Shown here: positions 34,709 to 45,400 of the stretch, piece by piece
How positions within the stretch are numbered: position 1 is the first letter of the stretch
Layout: each line of letters begins with the position of its first letter
Notes under the pieces: model-generated
Database searches by the model: none
Seen by the model: the letters and a program-made list of their open reading frames with translations, nothing else
Told to the model about the DNA's origin: nothing
NCBI GenBank assembly: GCA_963748015.1
Contig: CAVVHE010000004.1
Location: 1,952,001 to 2,016,000 of the forward strand
Direction: 5' to 3'
Source of the DNA: Terriglobia bacterium
Lineage (GTDB): Bacteria; Acidobacteriota; Polarisedimenticolia; Polarisedimenticolales; JAIQFR01
DNA: 64,000 nucleotides
Translations under genes and position numbers: made by a program

Positions 34709-35548
34709 ATGCTCGAGCGATTGACCGCCGCGATCCACCTGCAGGAGCTGAACGGCCAGGCGCTCCTCGACGTCCTCGTTCTCGCCGTCATCATCTACCA
34801 GCTTCTCCTCCTGATCCGCGGCACCCGGGCGGTCCAGATGATGGTCGGCGTCGTGGCCCTCGTGCTCGCGCACTTCCTGACCCGGCCGGGTCTCTTCCAC
34901 CTGCCCGCGGTGCACACGGTCCTCGGCAACCTGCTCCTCTACATCCCCTTCGCGGTCATCGTCCTCTTCCAGAGCTCGATCCGGCAGGCCCTGGCGCGCA
35001 TGGGCAGGAATCCCATCTCCGCCCTCATCCCCCGCCCCCGCCACGAGAACCTGGCGGAGGAGATCGCCCTGGCCGCCGTCTCGCTCGCGAGCAAGCGCTT
35101 GGGGGCGCTCGTCGTCATCGAGCGCGAGCTCGGGCTCCGGGTGTTCTACGAGACCGGGATCGCTCTCGACGCGCTGATCTCCTACGACCTGCTGATGAAC
35201 ATCTTCACCTACGGATCGCCGCTCCACGACGGCGCGGCGATCCTGTCGGAGGGACGCGTCAAGGCGGCGGCCTGCTACCTGCCGCTGACCGTGGACCCGA
35301 GCCTGTCCCGCACGTACGGGACGCGGCACCGGGCGGCGATCGGGATCACGGAGGAGTCGGACGCCGTGGCGGTCGTCGTCTCCGAGGAGCGAGGAATCGT
35401 CTCACTGGCCGAGGGTGGCCGGATCGTCGAGGACCTCGACGCCCACGGGCTCGCAGAGCGTCTCCGCGCGGCGCTCCTGCCCAAGCCGGAACGGAAGCAG
35501 GGCGCGGCGGCCGGCCCCGCGGCCCATGCGGGAGCGCACGGTGCTTGA
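34709..35548 (+). CDS. cdaA: Diadenylate cyclase CdaA
   Basis: Three TM helices, SPLHDGA, GTRHRAA, VSEERG. Confidence 0.95.
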   Translation: MLERLTAAIHLQELNGQALLDVLVLAVIIYQLLLLIRGTRAVQMMVGVVALVLAHFLTRPGLFHLPAVHTVLGNLLLYIPFAVIVLFQSSIRQALARMGRNPISALIPRPRHENLAEEIALAAVSLASKRLGALVVIERELGLRVFYETGIALDALISYDLLMNIFTYGSPLHDGAAILSEGRVKAAACYLPLTVDPSLSRTYGTRHRAAIGITEESDAVAVVVSEERGIVSLAEGGRIVEDLDAHGLAERLRAALLPKPERKQGAAAGPAAHAGAHGA

Positions 35549-36491
35549 GAAGGTACTCCGCAACTGGCCTCTCAAGCTGCTGGCGCTGGGTCTCGCCTTC
35601 GCGATCTGGTTCGCGGTGACCGGAGAGAGCCGCGTCCTGCAGGTCTACTCCGCCCCGCTCGACATCAAGCTTCCGCGGGACTGCGTCCTGGCGGGCCCGG
35701 CGCCCACCAAGGTCAGCGTGAGCCTCCGGGGGCCGGAGTCCCAGATCCGCCGGCTCGACCCGTTCAAGCTCGCCTTCCGGGTGGACGTCTCGGACGCGGC
35801 CCCGGGGCAGCGCAACGTCCAGCTCGCCGCCGAGTCCCTCGCCGGTCTCCCCCGCGGGATCGAGGTCGTCCAGATCGAGCCCGACCGGCTCAGGCTGGCG
35901 GTGGATCGCCGGATGCAGAGGGTCCTTGCGGTGGCTCCCGCGCTCGTCGGCGCGCCCCCTTCCGGCTATCACTTCTACGGGGTCCGGGTCACGCCGGAAA
36001 CGCTCGAGGTGGAGGGGCCGAGATCGGAGGTCATCGGCCTCGAGCGCGTCCGGACGGACCCGATCCACCTCGAGGGGCACACCGCCCCGTTCACCGTCGA
36101 GGTGAACGCGGTTCCGGACCGGCCTGCGACCCGCGTCATCGACCCCCGGCAGATCGCCGTGCAGATCGAGGTGGACGTCTCGCCGGTCAAGGCGGCATTC
36201 GACGCCGTTCCCGTGGTGTTCGCGAATCAGGACTACGTCGCGACGGCCCAGCCGTCGAGTCTTCGCGTGGTGATCTCGGGCCCACCGGCTCTCGTCCGCA
36301 CCATCCGCGCCGAGCAGATCCGGCCGATCGCCGAGTTGTCCGGGCTCGGCCCCCGGCCCGAGCCGTACGCGGTGCCGATCCGGATCGAGTTCGCGGGGAT
36401 CGCGGCGTCCGACCTGGCCCGGCTCGCCGTGACCTCGGTGAGCCATACCAAGATTGCCGCGCGCATCGGCAACCGGAGGATCGTCAGTTGA
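35541..36491 (+). CDS. cdaR: CdaR (YbbR-like) regulator
   Basis: NWPLKLLAL..AIW anchor, repeated V.V.GP YbbR units; located between cdaA and glmM. Confidence 0.88.
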   Translation: MLEKVLRNWPLKLLALGLAFAIWFAVTGESRVLQVYSAPLDIKLPRDCVLAGPAPTKVSVSLRGPESQIRRLDPFKLAFRVDVSDAAPGQRNVQLAAESLAGLPRGIEVVQIEPDRLRLAVDRRMQRVLAVAPALVGAPPSGYHFYGVRVTPETLEVEGPRSEVIGLERVRTDPIHLEGHTAPFTVEVNAVPDRPATRVIDPRQIAVQIEVDVSPVKAAFDAVPVVFANQDYVATAQPSSLRVVISGPPALVRTIRAEQIRPIAELSGLGPRPEPYAVPIRIEFAGIAASDLARLAVTSVSHTKIAARIGNRRIVS

Positions 36492-37837
36492 AGCGTCTAT
36501 TCGGAACCGACGGCATTCGGGCCGTCGCGGGCGAGAGCCCTCTCGATCCCGTCACCGTACGCGTCTTCGGCGCCGCCCTCGCCGAGGTCCTCCGATCGGC
36601 CGCGGGCCACCCTCCGCGAGTCCTGCTGGGACGGGACACGCGCGAGTCCGGCCCTTGGCTCGCCGAGGCGGTTGCCGCGGGGTTGTTCTCGCGGGGCGCT
36701 TCCGCGGTGGATGCCGGCGTGATCACGACGCCCGGCCTCGCGCATCTCGCGCGGACGGGGCCCTTCGAGGCCGGCGTCATGATCTCGGCCAGCCACAACC
36801 CGTTCGAGGACAACGGGCTCAAGGTCTTCGGCCACGACGGCACCAAGCTCCCCGATGCCCTCGAGGCGGAGATCGAGGCGCGGATCCTGGACCACGGGAT
36901 CCGCGATCCCGGCGCCTCCGACCGGAAAGCGGAGGAAGACCGCTCGCTCGCGCCGGCGTACGTGGAGTTCCTCGAGGGCGCCGTGTCGCCGCGAGGACGC
37001 TTCGCCGGCCTGAGGCTGGTTCTCGACTGCGCCAACGGCGCCGCCTCGGCGATCGCCCCCGAGGTCTTCCGGTACCACGGAGCCGATGTCGCGGTCCGCG
37101 CCGCCTCGCCGGACGGCCGCAACATCAACCTCGGTTGCGGCTCCCTGCACCTCGACGCCCTCGCCGACGAGGTGAGGCGAACGGGGCGCGATCTCGGCAT
37201 CGCGTTCGACGGAGACGCGGACCGCGCGCTCGCCGTGGACAGGAAAGGGCGAGTCGTGGACGGCGACGTGATCCTCTACCTGCTCGCGCGCCGGATGCGG
37301 CAGACCGGCCGCCTCGCCGGGGGCGCCGTGGTCGCGACCGTCATGAGCAACTTCTGGCTCGAGCAGCGGCTCGCGGACGAGGGGATGCGCCTCCATCGCG
37401 CGCCGGTCGGGGACAAGTACGTCCTCGAGCGGATGGTCGCGGAGAACGCGGTCTTGGGCGGCGAGCAATCCGGACACCTGATCGTTCGGGACCGGGCGAG
37501 CACGGGAGACGGGATCCTGACCGGCCTCCTCCTCCTCGACACCCTGGCCGAGGAAGCGAGGCCGCTCGAGACGATTCTCGACGGCATCGTTCCGTTTCCC
37601 CAGATCCTCGTGAACGTCCGCGTCAGGGAGAAACCCGATCTCTCGCGCCACCCCGTGATCGGCCCGGTGGTGCGCGAGATCGAGGGCGATCTCGAGGGAA
37701 GCGGGCGCGTCCTCCTCAGATACTCGGGGACGGAGCCGCTGGCCCGCGTCATGGTCGAGGGCCGAGATGGGGACGCGGTCCGCAGCCACGCGGAGCGTCT
37801 CGCCGGCGTGATCCGGAAGGAGCTCGGGAGCGCGTGA
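36488..37837 (+). CDS. glmM: Phosphoglucosamine mutase
   Basis: FGTDGIR, ISASHNP, FDGDADR, GGEQSGH, RYSGTEP. Confidence 0.96.
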   Translation: MKRLFGTDGIRAVAGESPLDPVTVRVFGAALAEVLRSAAGHPPRVLLGRDTRESGPWLAEAVAAGLFSRGASAVDAGVITTPGLAHLARTGPFEAGVMISASHNPFEDNGLKVFGHDGTKLPDALEAEIEARILDHGIRDPGASDRKAEEDRSLAPAYVEFLEGAVSPRGRFAGLRLVLDCANGAASAIAPEVFRYHGADVAVRAASPDGRNINLGCGSLHLDALADEVRRTGRDLGIAFDGDADRALAVDRKGRVVDGDVILYLLARRMRQTGRLAGGAVVATVMSNFWLEQRLADEGMRLHRAPVGDKYVLERMVAENAVLGGEQSGHLIVRDRASTGDGILTGLLLLDTLAEEARPLETILDGIVPFPQILVNVRVREKPDLSRHPVIGPVVREIEGDLEGSGRVLLRYSGTEPLARVMVEGRDGDAVRSHAERLAGVIRKELGSA

Positions 37838-39066
37838 GGATCCTCGGAACGGACCTCGGTCTCGATGCCCCGGGTGCGACGCCCAGGGAGAGCACGGTCG
37901 TTCTCCTCGACGCCGCGGGCGGCGTGGCCGCCGCCCGCCACCCGCGGACGATCCCCGATCTCGCGGCGGCGGTCGGCGAGCTCGCGGGCTCCGAGCCCTT
38001 CCTGCTCGGCGTGGACGTACCCGTGGTGGCTCCCGACCGGCCGGCGCGCGCGCGTGCCGTCGAGAATCCCGTGCTGCGGCGGCTCGGTTTCCGGCTGCCC
38101 CCCGCCACGCGGCCCCAGGCGGCGATCGACTCCCTCCTGGCCGCGCTGGCGGTGGCCGGGGTTCCCTGCCTCCCCTACCCCGACCGAGACCTCCGCTCCT
38201 CCGGCCTCGCGGAGATCCACCCGGGCCTCTCGCTCAAGGTCCTCCTCTGGCTGGGCTCGGCCGCGGCCGGAGAGGGAAACCACCCTGCCCGCGAGGAGGT
38301 CTTCCGCGCGTACGCCGCCCCGGCCTACCGGAGGCCGTCGGCAAAGCGGGGCGACGATTGGGCGGAGCGTGCCGCGGCACTCGACCTCGTGATCCGCGCG
38401 CTGGGTATCCTCCCGGGATTCGATTTCGCGCCGGCGCGAGACGCGCTCCGACGCGCCGGCGCGGGTCCCGACGTCGAGCGGGCGGCGTCCCTCTTCGACG
38501 CGAGCGTCATCGCCGGAACGGCCCGGCGCTACCTGAAGTCCCCCGAGGATTGCGTCTTCCTCGGCGACCGCAAGGGAGGCTACGTCATCCTTCCCGCGGA
38601 CGGGTTCGTCCGGCGGCTCGCCTTGCGGGAAACGCGCCCGGTCCGCTCGGGCCTGTTCCCCCGCGACTCGTTGCGCGCGAGGCTGGCCGGCGCCGCCGAG
38701 GTGCACGCGGCCGGCCTCCTCGACGTGCCGGGCCGGCCGCACGACACGGAGGCCGTGTTCCGTCGCGTCCCCCTGTACGAGTTCGACAACCTCGACGAGA
38801 TGCTGTGGTGGAAGCACTGCCGCCATCTCGACGGGCCCGCGCTTCCCGTCGAAGGGCTCCGCGAGCTGGTCGTCATGCTCGGCCGGGAGGACCGAGGGGA
38901 AGGGCGGGCCGCTCCTCTGCGGCTCCTGAGGAGCCGGCATCGCACGCTGTCCTTCCGCTTCGAGCCGCCGGCCGCCTGGCGCGCGCACGTCCCGACGCGC
39001 GATGGGAAGACCTACGCCTTCCGCGTGCTGCGGGCCGTCTTCGAGACGCTGCCCTCCCCGGATTGA
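37834..39066 (+). CDS. DUF429-like (predicted RNase H-fold nuclease) protein with an extra C-terminal domain
   Basis: GTG overlaps the glmM stop; ILGTDLG, GVDVP, EIHP, FDASVIA, GDRKGGYVILP. Confidence 0.6.
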   Translation: MRILGTDLGLDAPGATPRESTVVLLDAAGGVAAARHPRTIPDLAAAVGELAGSEPFLLGVDVPVVAPDRPARARAVENPVLRRLGFRLPPATRPQAAIDSLLAALAVAGVPCLPYPDRDLRSSGLAEIHPGLSLKVLLWLGSAAAGEGNHPAREEVFRAYAAPAYRRPSAKRGDDWAERAAALDLVIRALGILPGFDFAPARDALRRAGAGPDVERAASLFDASVIAGTARRYLKSPEDCVFLGDRKGGYVILPADGFVRRLALRETRPVRSGLFPRDSLRARLAGAAEVHAAGLLDVPGRPHDTEAVFRRVPLYEFDNLDEMLWWKHCRHLDGPALPVEGLRELVVMLGREDRGEGRAAPLRLLRSRHRTLSFRFEPPAAWRAHVPTRDGKTYAFRVLRAVFETLPSPD

Positions 39067-39088
39067 CGCGGGCTTCCGTCTCGCGGGC

Positions 39089-42000
39089 CTAAAAAGAGAA
39101 ACGCATTCCGAGCTGGAACTGGCGCCCCGGCGTGAGCCAGGCGTCGTTCGTCCCGTTCGTCTGCCGGCCGTAACCGAAGCCGGGATTCGGGTTGTAGACC
39201 TGGTAGTACCGGTCGTTGAGGAGGTTGAACACCTCGGCGGAGAGCTGCAGGTTCTGCCCGCTCTTGAGGTTGAACTCCTTGTCGAACTTCACGTTGATGG
39301 ACAGGGTCGGCCGGTTCCTCTGGTCGTTGCGGCGGCCGGTCGGGTACTGGGTCCGCGACCGCGTGCCCCCGTAGAAGGCCTGCCCGTAGTCCGGCGGGAT
39401 GCTGTCGTACGAGGAGCCGGTCTCGACGATGGAGTAGGGGAGCCCCGACATCCAGTTCGCGGACATCCCGAGTCGGAAGCCCCAGGGGGTGATCGTCGTG
39501 GTGTTCACCTTCACGACGTTTCGCTGGTCGTAGGCGAGGTAGCCCCTCTCGGTATCCCGCAGCGTCGGGTCGTCCCCCAGGTACGAGTTGAACTCCTCCG
39601 CGTTGCCGATCGCCCTCGACCAGGTGTACGAGGCTTCCATCTGCCAGTTGCGGTACTGCCGGCGCACCAGCTCCAGGACGAACGCCTCGTAGGTTGCCGC
39701 ATTGTCGTTCCCGACGCGGTAGACCGTGCCCCACGTCGGGCTGTACACGTACGAGTCGACGAAACCGTCGCTCAGGTGGAGCGCGCCGTCGAGAACGCCC
39801 TCGCAGTCGTCCGCGATCCCGTCGGGCGGCTGGAGGAGCCAGCGATCGCGCAGGCTCTTCTGCGTCTGGCACGTCCCGTAGTCGCCGGCGTGGTGATTGG
39901 TGTCGATGTCCTGGAACTGGTCCTTGAACCGGCGCGAGACGTAGGAGATCCGGCCGGTCGTCTCGGCGCCGATCTCGCGCTCGAGCGTCAGGGTCAGCTC
40001 GTCCTGGTACGGCGTCTTCAGGTCGTGATCCACGGCCCGAACGCTGACCGCGGGGTTGACGCCGCTGGTCACGTTCACCCCCCGCCAGGCCTTCTCCCCG
40101 AGGTACCTCTCCCCCGCGATGGACATCTGGAAGGTCGCGGGCTCCACCTCGACGAACGGGACCGCGAGGAAGATGGTCCCGTAGTACCGGCCGGCGGTGA
40201 AGGCGATCTTCGATTTCCCGTTCCCTCCGGGGTCCCAGGCCACGGCGAACCGCGGCGAGAGGTTGGTGTTGACGAGGTTGATCTCGTCCGGGTCGCGCCG
40301 GTGCGGCCAATCCTGGCTCCCCGCGAGCCCCGGGCTGATCAACGAGGAGAGGAAGTACTCCGGCAGGCCGGTCGCGGCCGCCATGCCGGCCACCAGGGGC
40401 TCGAGCGAGCCGTAGGCGGTGAACGCCTGCGAGGCGGCCAGGTAGTAGTTGCCCCCGTTGGCCGCGGCGCGGTTCAGGAAATCCACGGACTCCGTCGCCG
40501 GGTCGAACGCCTTCCACCCGATCCCCCGCAGCTCCTCGCGGTCGAGGCGCAGCCCGAGGGTCAGGCTCACGTTCGACACCGGTTTGACCTGGTCCTCCAC
40601 GAAGAGGCCGTAGCTCGTGTTGGTCGCGTTGGAGCGCGTCGCCGGAGGGGTGGCCACCTGCACGTTGAGGCTCGCGATCTCGAGGACCCGATTGCGGCCG
40701 AACTCGTCGATGACCGTGGTCCCCAGCTTGTGTGACTCGAACAGCAGCTCCGGCCGCTTCTCGAGGTCCCTGAAGTACCGCTCGTTCTCGATGTTGAAGC
40801 CGACCTTGAGCTGATGCGCCATCCCGAGGAACTCGCCCGCGAAGATCGAGGTCTGGTTCTTGACGGTCAGGCGCTCGCGGTCGTCGATCGACGTCCAGGG
40901 GTAGGAGCCCGTGATGACGCCGGTCTTGGTGTTCGTGCAGCGGACGGTGTCGAGTTTGGGGAACAGGGGCTCTTCCGTCGGGTGACTGGTCCAGTCGCCC
41001 GTGATCACGACGAATCCGACCGTGCAGTCGTTGCGCTGCCCCGTCGTCGTGGGAAGGACGTTCTGGTGCGACAGCTGGTAGGAAAGCACGGAATCCGAGA
41101 GGACCGTCGGGGAGAACGCCGCCGTCCACGCGAGCGAAAAGGTCGGCCCCCCGTTCTCGTACTGCTTCGTGGACCCGGCGGCGGTCAGCGAGGTCGCGTC
41201 GACGTTGGTCACCGTCAGGGGGTCGTACCGGAACTCGAGCGCCAGCTTGTTGCGCGGTGACGCCTGCCACGTGACCTGGTCGGAGTTGATCCCCTGCCGC
41301 CGGGCGGCGATGATCGGCTGGTCGCGGGACGCGATCGGCTCCTCGCGCGAGATGTACTCGTGGGAGAGCCGGTACCAGAAGCGGTCCTTGACGATGGGGC
41401 CGGAGAGCTGGATCGCCGGCTGGATCCAGGCATAGTCGGGCACCTTGGTGCCCGGCGTCGTTTGGGCGGAGTTGCCGTCCATCAGGCTCGACCGCCACAG
41501 CAGGTTCGCGACCCCCTCGAAGTCGTTCGATCCCTGCTTCTGGATGACCTGCGCGAACCCGCCCTGCGCCCTGCCGAACTCGACGCCGGCCCCCGCGCCG
41601 ATGACCGTCATCTCCTCGATCGCGTCCGAGTTGAGGAAGCTCATCCACCCGCCGGTGAGCGGGTCCTGGTTGCTCACCCCGCCCACCTGGGTCTGGAAGT
41701 CCACCGACCTCGCGCCGAAGACGTTCGGGTTCCCGTCCCCGTCCGCGTCCACGACCCCGGGTGCCAGGCTCAGCATCGACTGGTAGAACCGTCCCTGCGA
41801 GGGCAGGTCCTGCAGGAACTCGCTGTCGAACGTCGTCGCCTTCGAGGTCTTGTCGAGGTCGACGGGGGCGCGCCGCTCGACGACCTTGACGCGCTCCTCG
41901 ATCTCCGGGACGAGGCGGACGGAGATCCGGTCCACGTCCTGGGTCTTCACCCGGATGTCCGTGATCCGGACCCGAGCGAAACCGGGATAGCGCACCTCGA

Positions 42001-42277
42001 CGGCGTAGCCGCCGCCGACCCGGAGGACGGGGAAGGACACGATCCCCCTGCCGTCGGTCGCGATCGTGGTCGCCGCCACGAAGCCGACCGCGCTCGACAG
42101 GGTCACCGAGGCGCCGGCCGCGGGGTTCTTCCCCGCGGCGTCGAACACCTGGACCTGGATGCCGCCGGACTGGGCCGACGCGGGAGCGGCCCAAACCGAG
42201 ACGAGCGCGGCACCCGCCAAGAGGAGGGCGCGGAATCGGACGATTCTCCCCAAGGAAATTGCCTCGCCCGCGGACAC
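39089..42277 (-). CDS. TonB-dependent receptor, Oar-like (copy 1)
   Basis: Signal peptide, carboxypeptidase-regulatory-like N domain, plug (LAPGV...EFGRAQGG), SPRFAVAWDP, C-terminal RFSF. Confidence 0.88.
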   Translation of the reverse strand: MSAGEAISLGRIVRFRALLLAGAALVSVWAAPASAQSGGIQVQVFDAAGKNPAAGASVTLSSAVGFVAATTIATDGRGIVSFPVLRVGGGYAVEVRYPGFARVRITDIRVKTQDVDRISVRLVPEIEERVKVVERRAPVDLDKTSKATTFDSEFLQDLPSQGRFYQSMLSLAPGVVDADGDGNPNVFGARSVDFQTQVGGVSNQDPLTGGWMSFLNSDAIEEMTVIGAGAGVEFGRAQGGFAQVIQKQGSNDFEGVANLLWRSSLMDGNSAQTTPGTKVPDYAWIQPAIQLSGPIVKDRFWYRLSHEYISREEPIASRDQPIIAARRQGINSDQVTWQASPRNKLALEFRYDPLTVTNVDATSLTAAGSTKQYENGGPTFSLAWTAAFSPTVLSDSVLSYQLSHQNVLPTTTGQRNDCTVGFVVITGDWTSHPTEEPLFPKLDTVRCTNTKTGVITGSYPWTSIDDRERLTVKNQTSIFAGEFLGMAHQLKVGFNIENERYFRDLEKRPELLFESHKLGTTVIDEFGRNRVLEIASLNVQVATPPATRSNATNTSYGLFVEDQVKPVSNVSLTLGLRLDREELRGIGWKAFDPATESVDFLNRAAANGGNYYLAASQAFTAYGSLEPLVAGMAAATGLPEYFLSSLISPGLAGSQDWPHRRDPDEINLVNTNLSPRFAVAWDPGGNGKSKIAFTAGRYYGTIFLAVPFVEVEPATFQMSIAGERYLGEKAWRGVNVTSGVNPAVSVRAVDHDLKTPYQDELTLTLEREIGAETTGRISYVSRRFKDQFQDIDTNHHAGDYGTCQTQKSLRDRWLLQPPDGIADDCEGVLDGALHLSDGFVDSYVYSPTWGTVYRVGNDNAATYEAFVLELVRRQYRNWQMEASYTWSRAIGNAEEFNSYLGDDPTLRDTERGYLAYDQRNVVKVNTTTITPWGFRLGMSANWMSGLPYSIVETGSSYDSIPPDYGQAFYGGTRSRTQYPTGRRNDQRNRPTLSINVKFDKEFNLKSGQNLQLSAEVFNLLNDRYYQVYNPNPGFGYGRQTNGTNDAWLTPGRQFQLGMRFSF

Positions 42278-42478
42278 CGGTGAAACGCCTGTGGACGATC
42301 ATTCTAGCAGCGCACCTGGGAAAAGGAGCGGCGCGCGACGGATGGGCCCACGCCTTCCGCGCGCCCAGCGCCGTCTTCGAGACGCTGCGCGCCGGGGATC
42401 GAAGGCGACCTGGTGTCCCCGAGTCCGAAGCGCGTCGCACGACTCGCCGAGCCATGTAACGCGCTCGGACTCCGGACG

Positions 42479-45400
42479 CTAGAACGAGAGACGCATCCCG
42501 AGCTGGTACTGGCGGCCCGGCGTGAACCAGGCGTCGTTCGTCCCGTTCGTCTGCCGGCCGTACCCGAAGCCGGGATTGGGGTTGTAGACCTGGTAGTAGC
42601 GGTCGTTGAGGAGGTTGAAGACCTCGACGGAGACTTGCAGGTTCTGCCCGCTCTTGAAGTTGTGCTCCTTGTCGAACTTCACGTTGAAGCTCAGGGTCGG
42701 CTGGTTCCTCTGGTCGTTGCGGCGGCCCGTCGGGTACTGGGTCCGCGTCCGAGACGAGCCGACGAACGTCTGCCCGTACGCCGGCGCGATGCTGTCGTAC
42801 GACGATCCGACCTGCACGATCGAGTACGGGAGCCCCGACATCCAGTTCGCGGACATCCCGAGTCGGAAGCCCCAGGGGGTGATCGTCGTGGTGTTCACCT
42901 TCACGACGTTTCGTTGGTCGTAGGCGAGGTAGCCCCTCTCGGTGTCCCGCAGCGTCGGGTCGTCCCCCAGGTACGAGTTGAACTCCTCCGCGTTGCCGAT
43001 CGCCCTCGACCAGGTGTACGAGGCTTCCATCTGCCAGTTGCGGTACTGCCGGCGCACCAGCTCGAAGACGATGGCCTCGTAGGTCGCCTCGTTGTCGTTC
43101 CCGACGCGGAAAACCGTGCCCCAGGCCGGGTTGTACACGTAGGAGTCGAGGAAGCCGTCGCTCAGGTGGAGCGAGCCGTCCAGGCTGCCCTCGCAGTCGT
43201 CGAGCTTTCCGTCGGGCGGCTGGAGAAGCCAGCGATCGCGCAGGCTCCGCTGAGTCTGGCACTTCCCGTAGTCGGCGGCGTAGTGATTGCTGTCGATGTC
43301 CTGGAACTGGTCCTTGAAGCGGCGCGAGATGTAGGAGATCCGGCCCGTCGTCTCGGCTCCGATCTCGCGCTCGAGCGTCAGGGTGACCTCGTCCTGGTAC
43401 GGCGTCTTCAGATCGTGATCCACCGCCCGGACGCTGACGGCCGGGTTGATGCCGCTGTTGACGGATACGTCCCGCCAGATCGACTCCCCCACGTAACGTT
43501 CCGCCCCGATGGTCATGGTGAAGCCCGCCGGCTCCACCTCGACGAACGGGACCGCGAGGAAGACGGTGCCGTAGTACCGGCCGGCGGTCAGGGCGATCTT
43601 CGACTTCCCCTTTCCCCCGGGGTCCCACGCCACGGCGAACCGGGGCGAGAGATTGGTGTTCACGATGTCGATGTCGGCCGGGTCGCGCCGGTTCGGCCAC
43701 TGCTGGCTCCCGGCGAGCCCGGGGCTGATCCGCGCCGACAGGAAGTACTCCGGCAGCCCGGTCGCCTCGGCCAGGCCCGAGATCAGGGGCTGGAGATCGC
43801 CGTAGGCGGTGAACGTCTCGGAGGCGGCGAGGTAGGCATTCCCCCCGTTGGCGGCCATGCGGTCGAGGAACTCCACCGACTCGGTCGCGGGGTCGAACGC
43901 CTTCCAGCCGAGCCCCCGCAGCTCCTCGCGGTCCAGGCGCAGCCCGAGGGTCAGGCTCAGGTTCGACAGCGGTTTGACCTGGTCCTCCACGAAGATGCCG
44001 TAGCTCGTATTGGTGGCGCTGGACCGGGTCGTGGGAGGCGACGCGACCTGCACGTCGAGGGTCGCGAGCTCCAGCGCGCGATTGTGGCCGAACTCGTCCA
44101 CGACCGTCGTCCCCGATTTCTCGGCGGAGAACGTCAGCTCGGGGCGCTTCTCGAGGTCCCGGAAATAGCGCTCGTTCTCGACGTTGAAGCCGACCTTGAG
44201 CTGGTGCGCCATGCCGAGGAACTGGCCGGCGAATACCGAGGTCTGGTTCCGGACGGTCAGGCGCTCGCGGTCGTCCTTCGAGGTCCACGGGTAGGAGCCC
44301 GAAACGACGCCGGTCTTGGTATTCGTGCAGCGGACGGTGTCGAGCTTCGGGAGCAGCGGCTCCATGGTCGCGTGACCGGTCCCGGCGTCGATGATCCGGA
44401 CGAAGCCCGTGGTGCAGTCGTTGCGATGCCCCGCGGTGGTGGGGTAGATCTTCTCGTGCCCGAGCTGGTAGGAGATCACGGAATCCGAGAGGACGGAAGG
44501 GGACACGGCGGCCGTCCAGGAGAGCGCGTAGGTCGGCCCGCCGGTCTCGTACTCCTTGGTGGACCCGGCGGTGGTGAGCGTACCGGCCCCCACGTTCGAG
44601 AGCCGGAGCGGGTCCCACCGGACCTCGATTGCCAGCTTGTTGCGCGGCGACGACTGCCACGTGACCTGGTCCGAGTTGATCCGCTGCTCCCGCTTGGCGA
44701 CGATGGCCTGGTCGCGGGACGCGATCGGCTCCTCGCGCGAGATGTACTCGTGGGAGAGCCGGTACCAGATGCGGTCCTTGACGATCGGGCCGGAGAACTG
44801 GATCGCCGGCTGGATCCAGTCGTAGTCGGGCACCGTGACCCCGGGCTTCGTCTGGGCGGAGTTGCCGTCCATGAGGCTGGAGCGCCAGAGGAGGTTCGCG
44901 ACCCCCTCGAAGTCGTTCGACCCCTGCTTCTGGATGATCTGCGCGAACCCGCCCTGCGCCCTGCCGAACTCGACGCCCGCCCCGGCGCCGATGACCGTCA
45001 TCTCCTCGATCGCGTCCGGGTTGACGTAGCCCATCCACCCGCCGGTGAGCGGGTCCTGGTTGTTCACCCCGCCGACCTGGGTCTGGAAGTCCACGGACCT
45101 CGCGCCGTGGACGTTCGGGTTCCCGTCCCCGTCCGCGTCCACGACGCCGGGGGCCAGGCTCAGCATCGACTGGTAGAACCGTCCCTGCGAGGGCAGGTCC
45201 TGCAGGAACTCGCTGTCGAACGTCGTCGCCTTGGAGTTCGTGTCGAGGTCGACGGGCTCCCGCCTCTCGACGACCTTCACGCGCTCCTCGATCTCGGGGA
45301 GGAGGCGGACCGAGAGACGGTTCACGTCCTGGTTCTTCACCCGGATGTCCACGATCCGGACCCGAGCGAAGCCGGGATGGCGCACCTCGACGGCATAACC

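Noticed and set aside
39012..45038. 2008-aa ORF spanning both receptors, and other long Arg/Gly-rich overlapping ORFs
   Set aside because: Off-frame or antisense ORFs caused by stop-codon scarcity in high-GC DNA.
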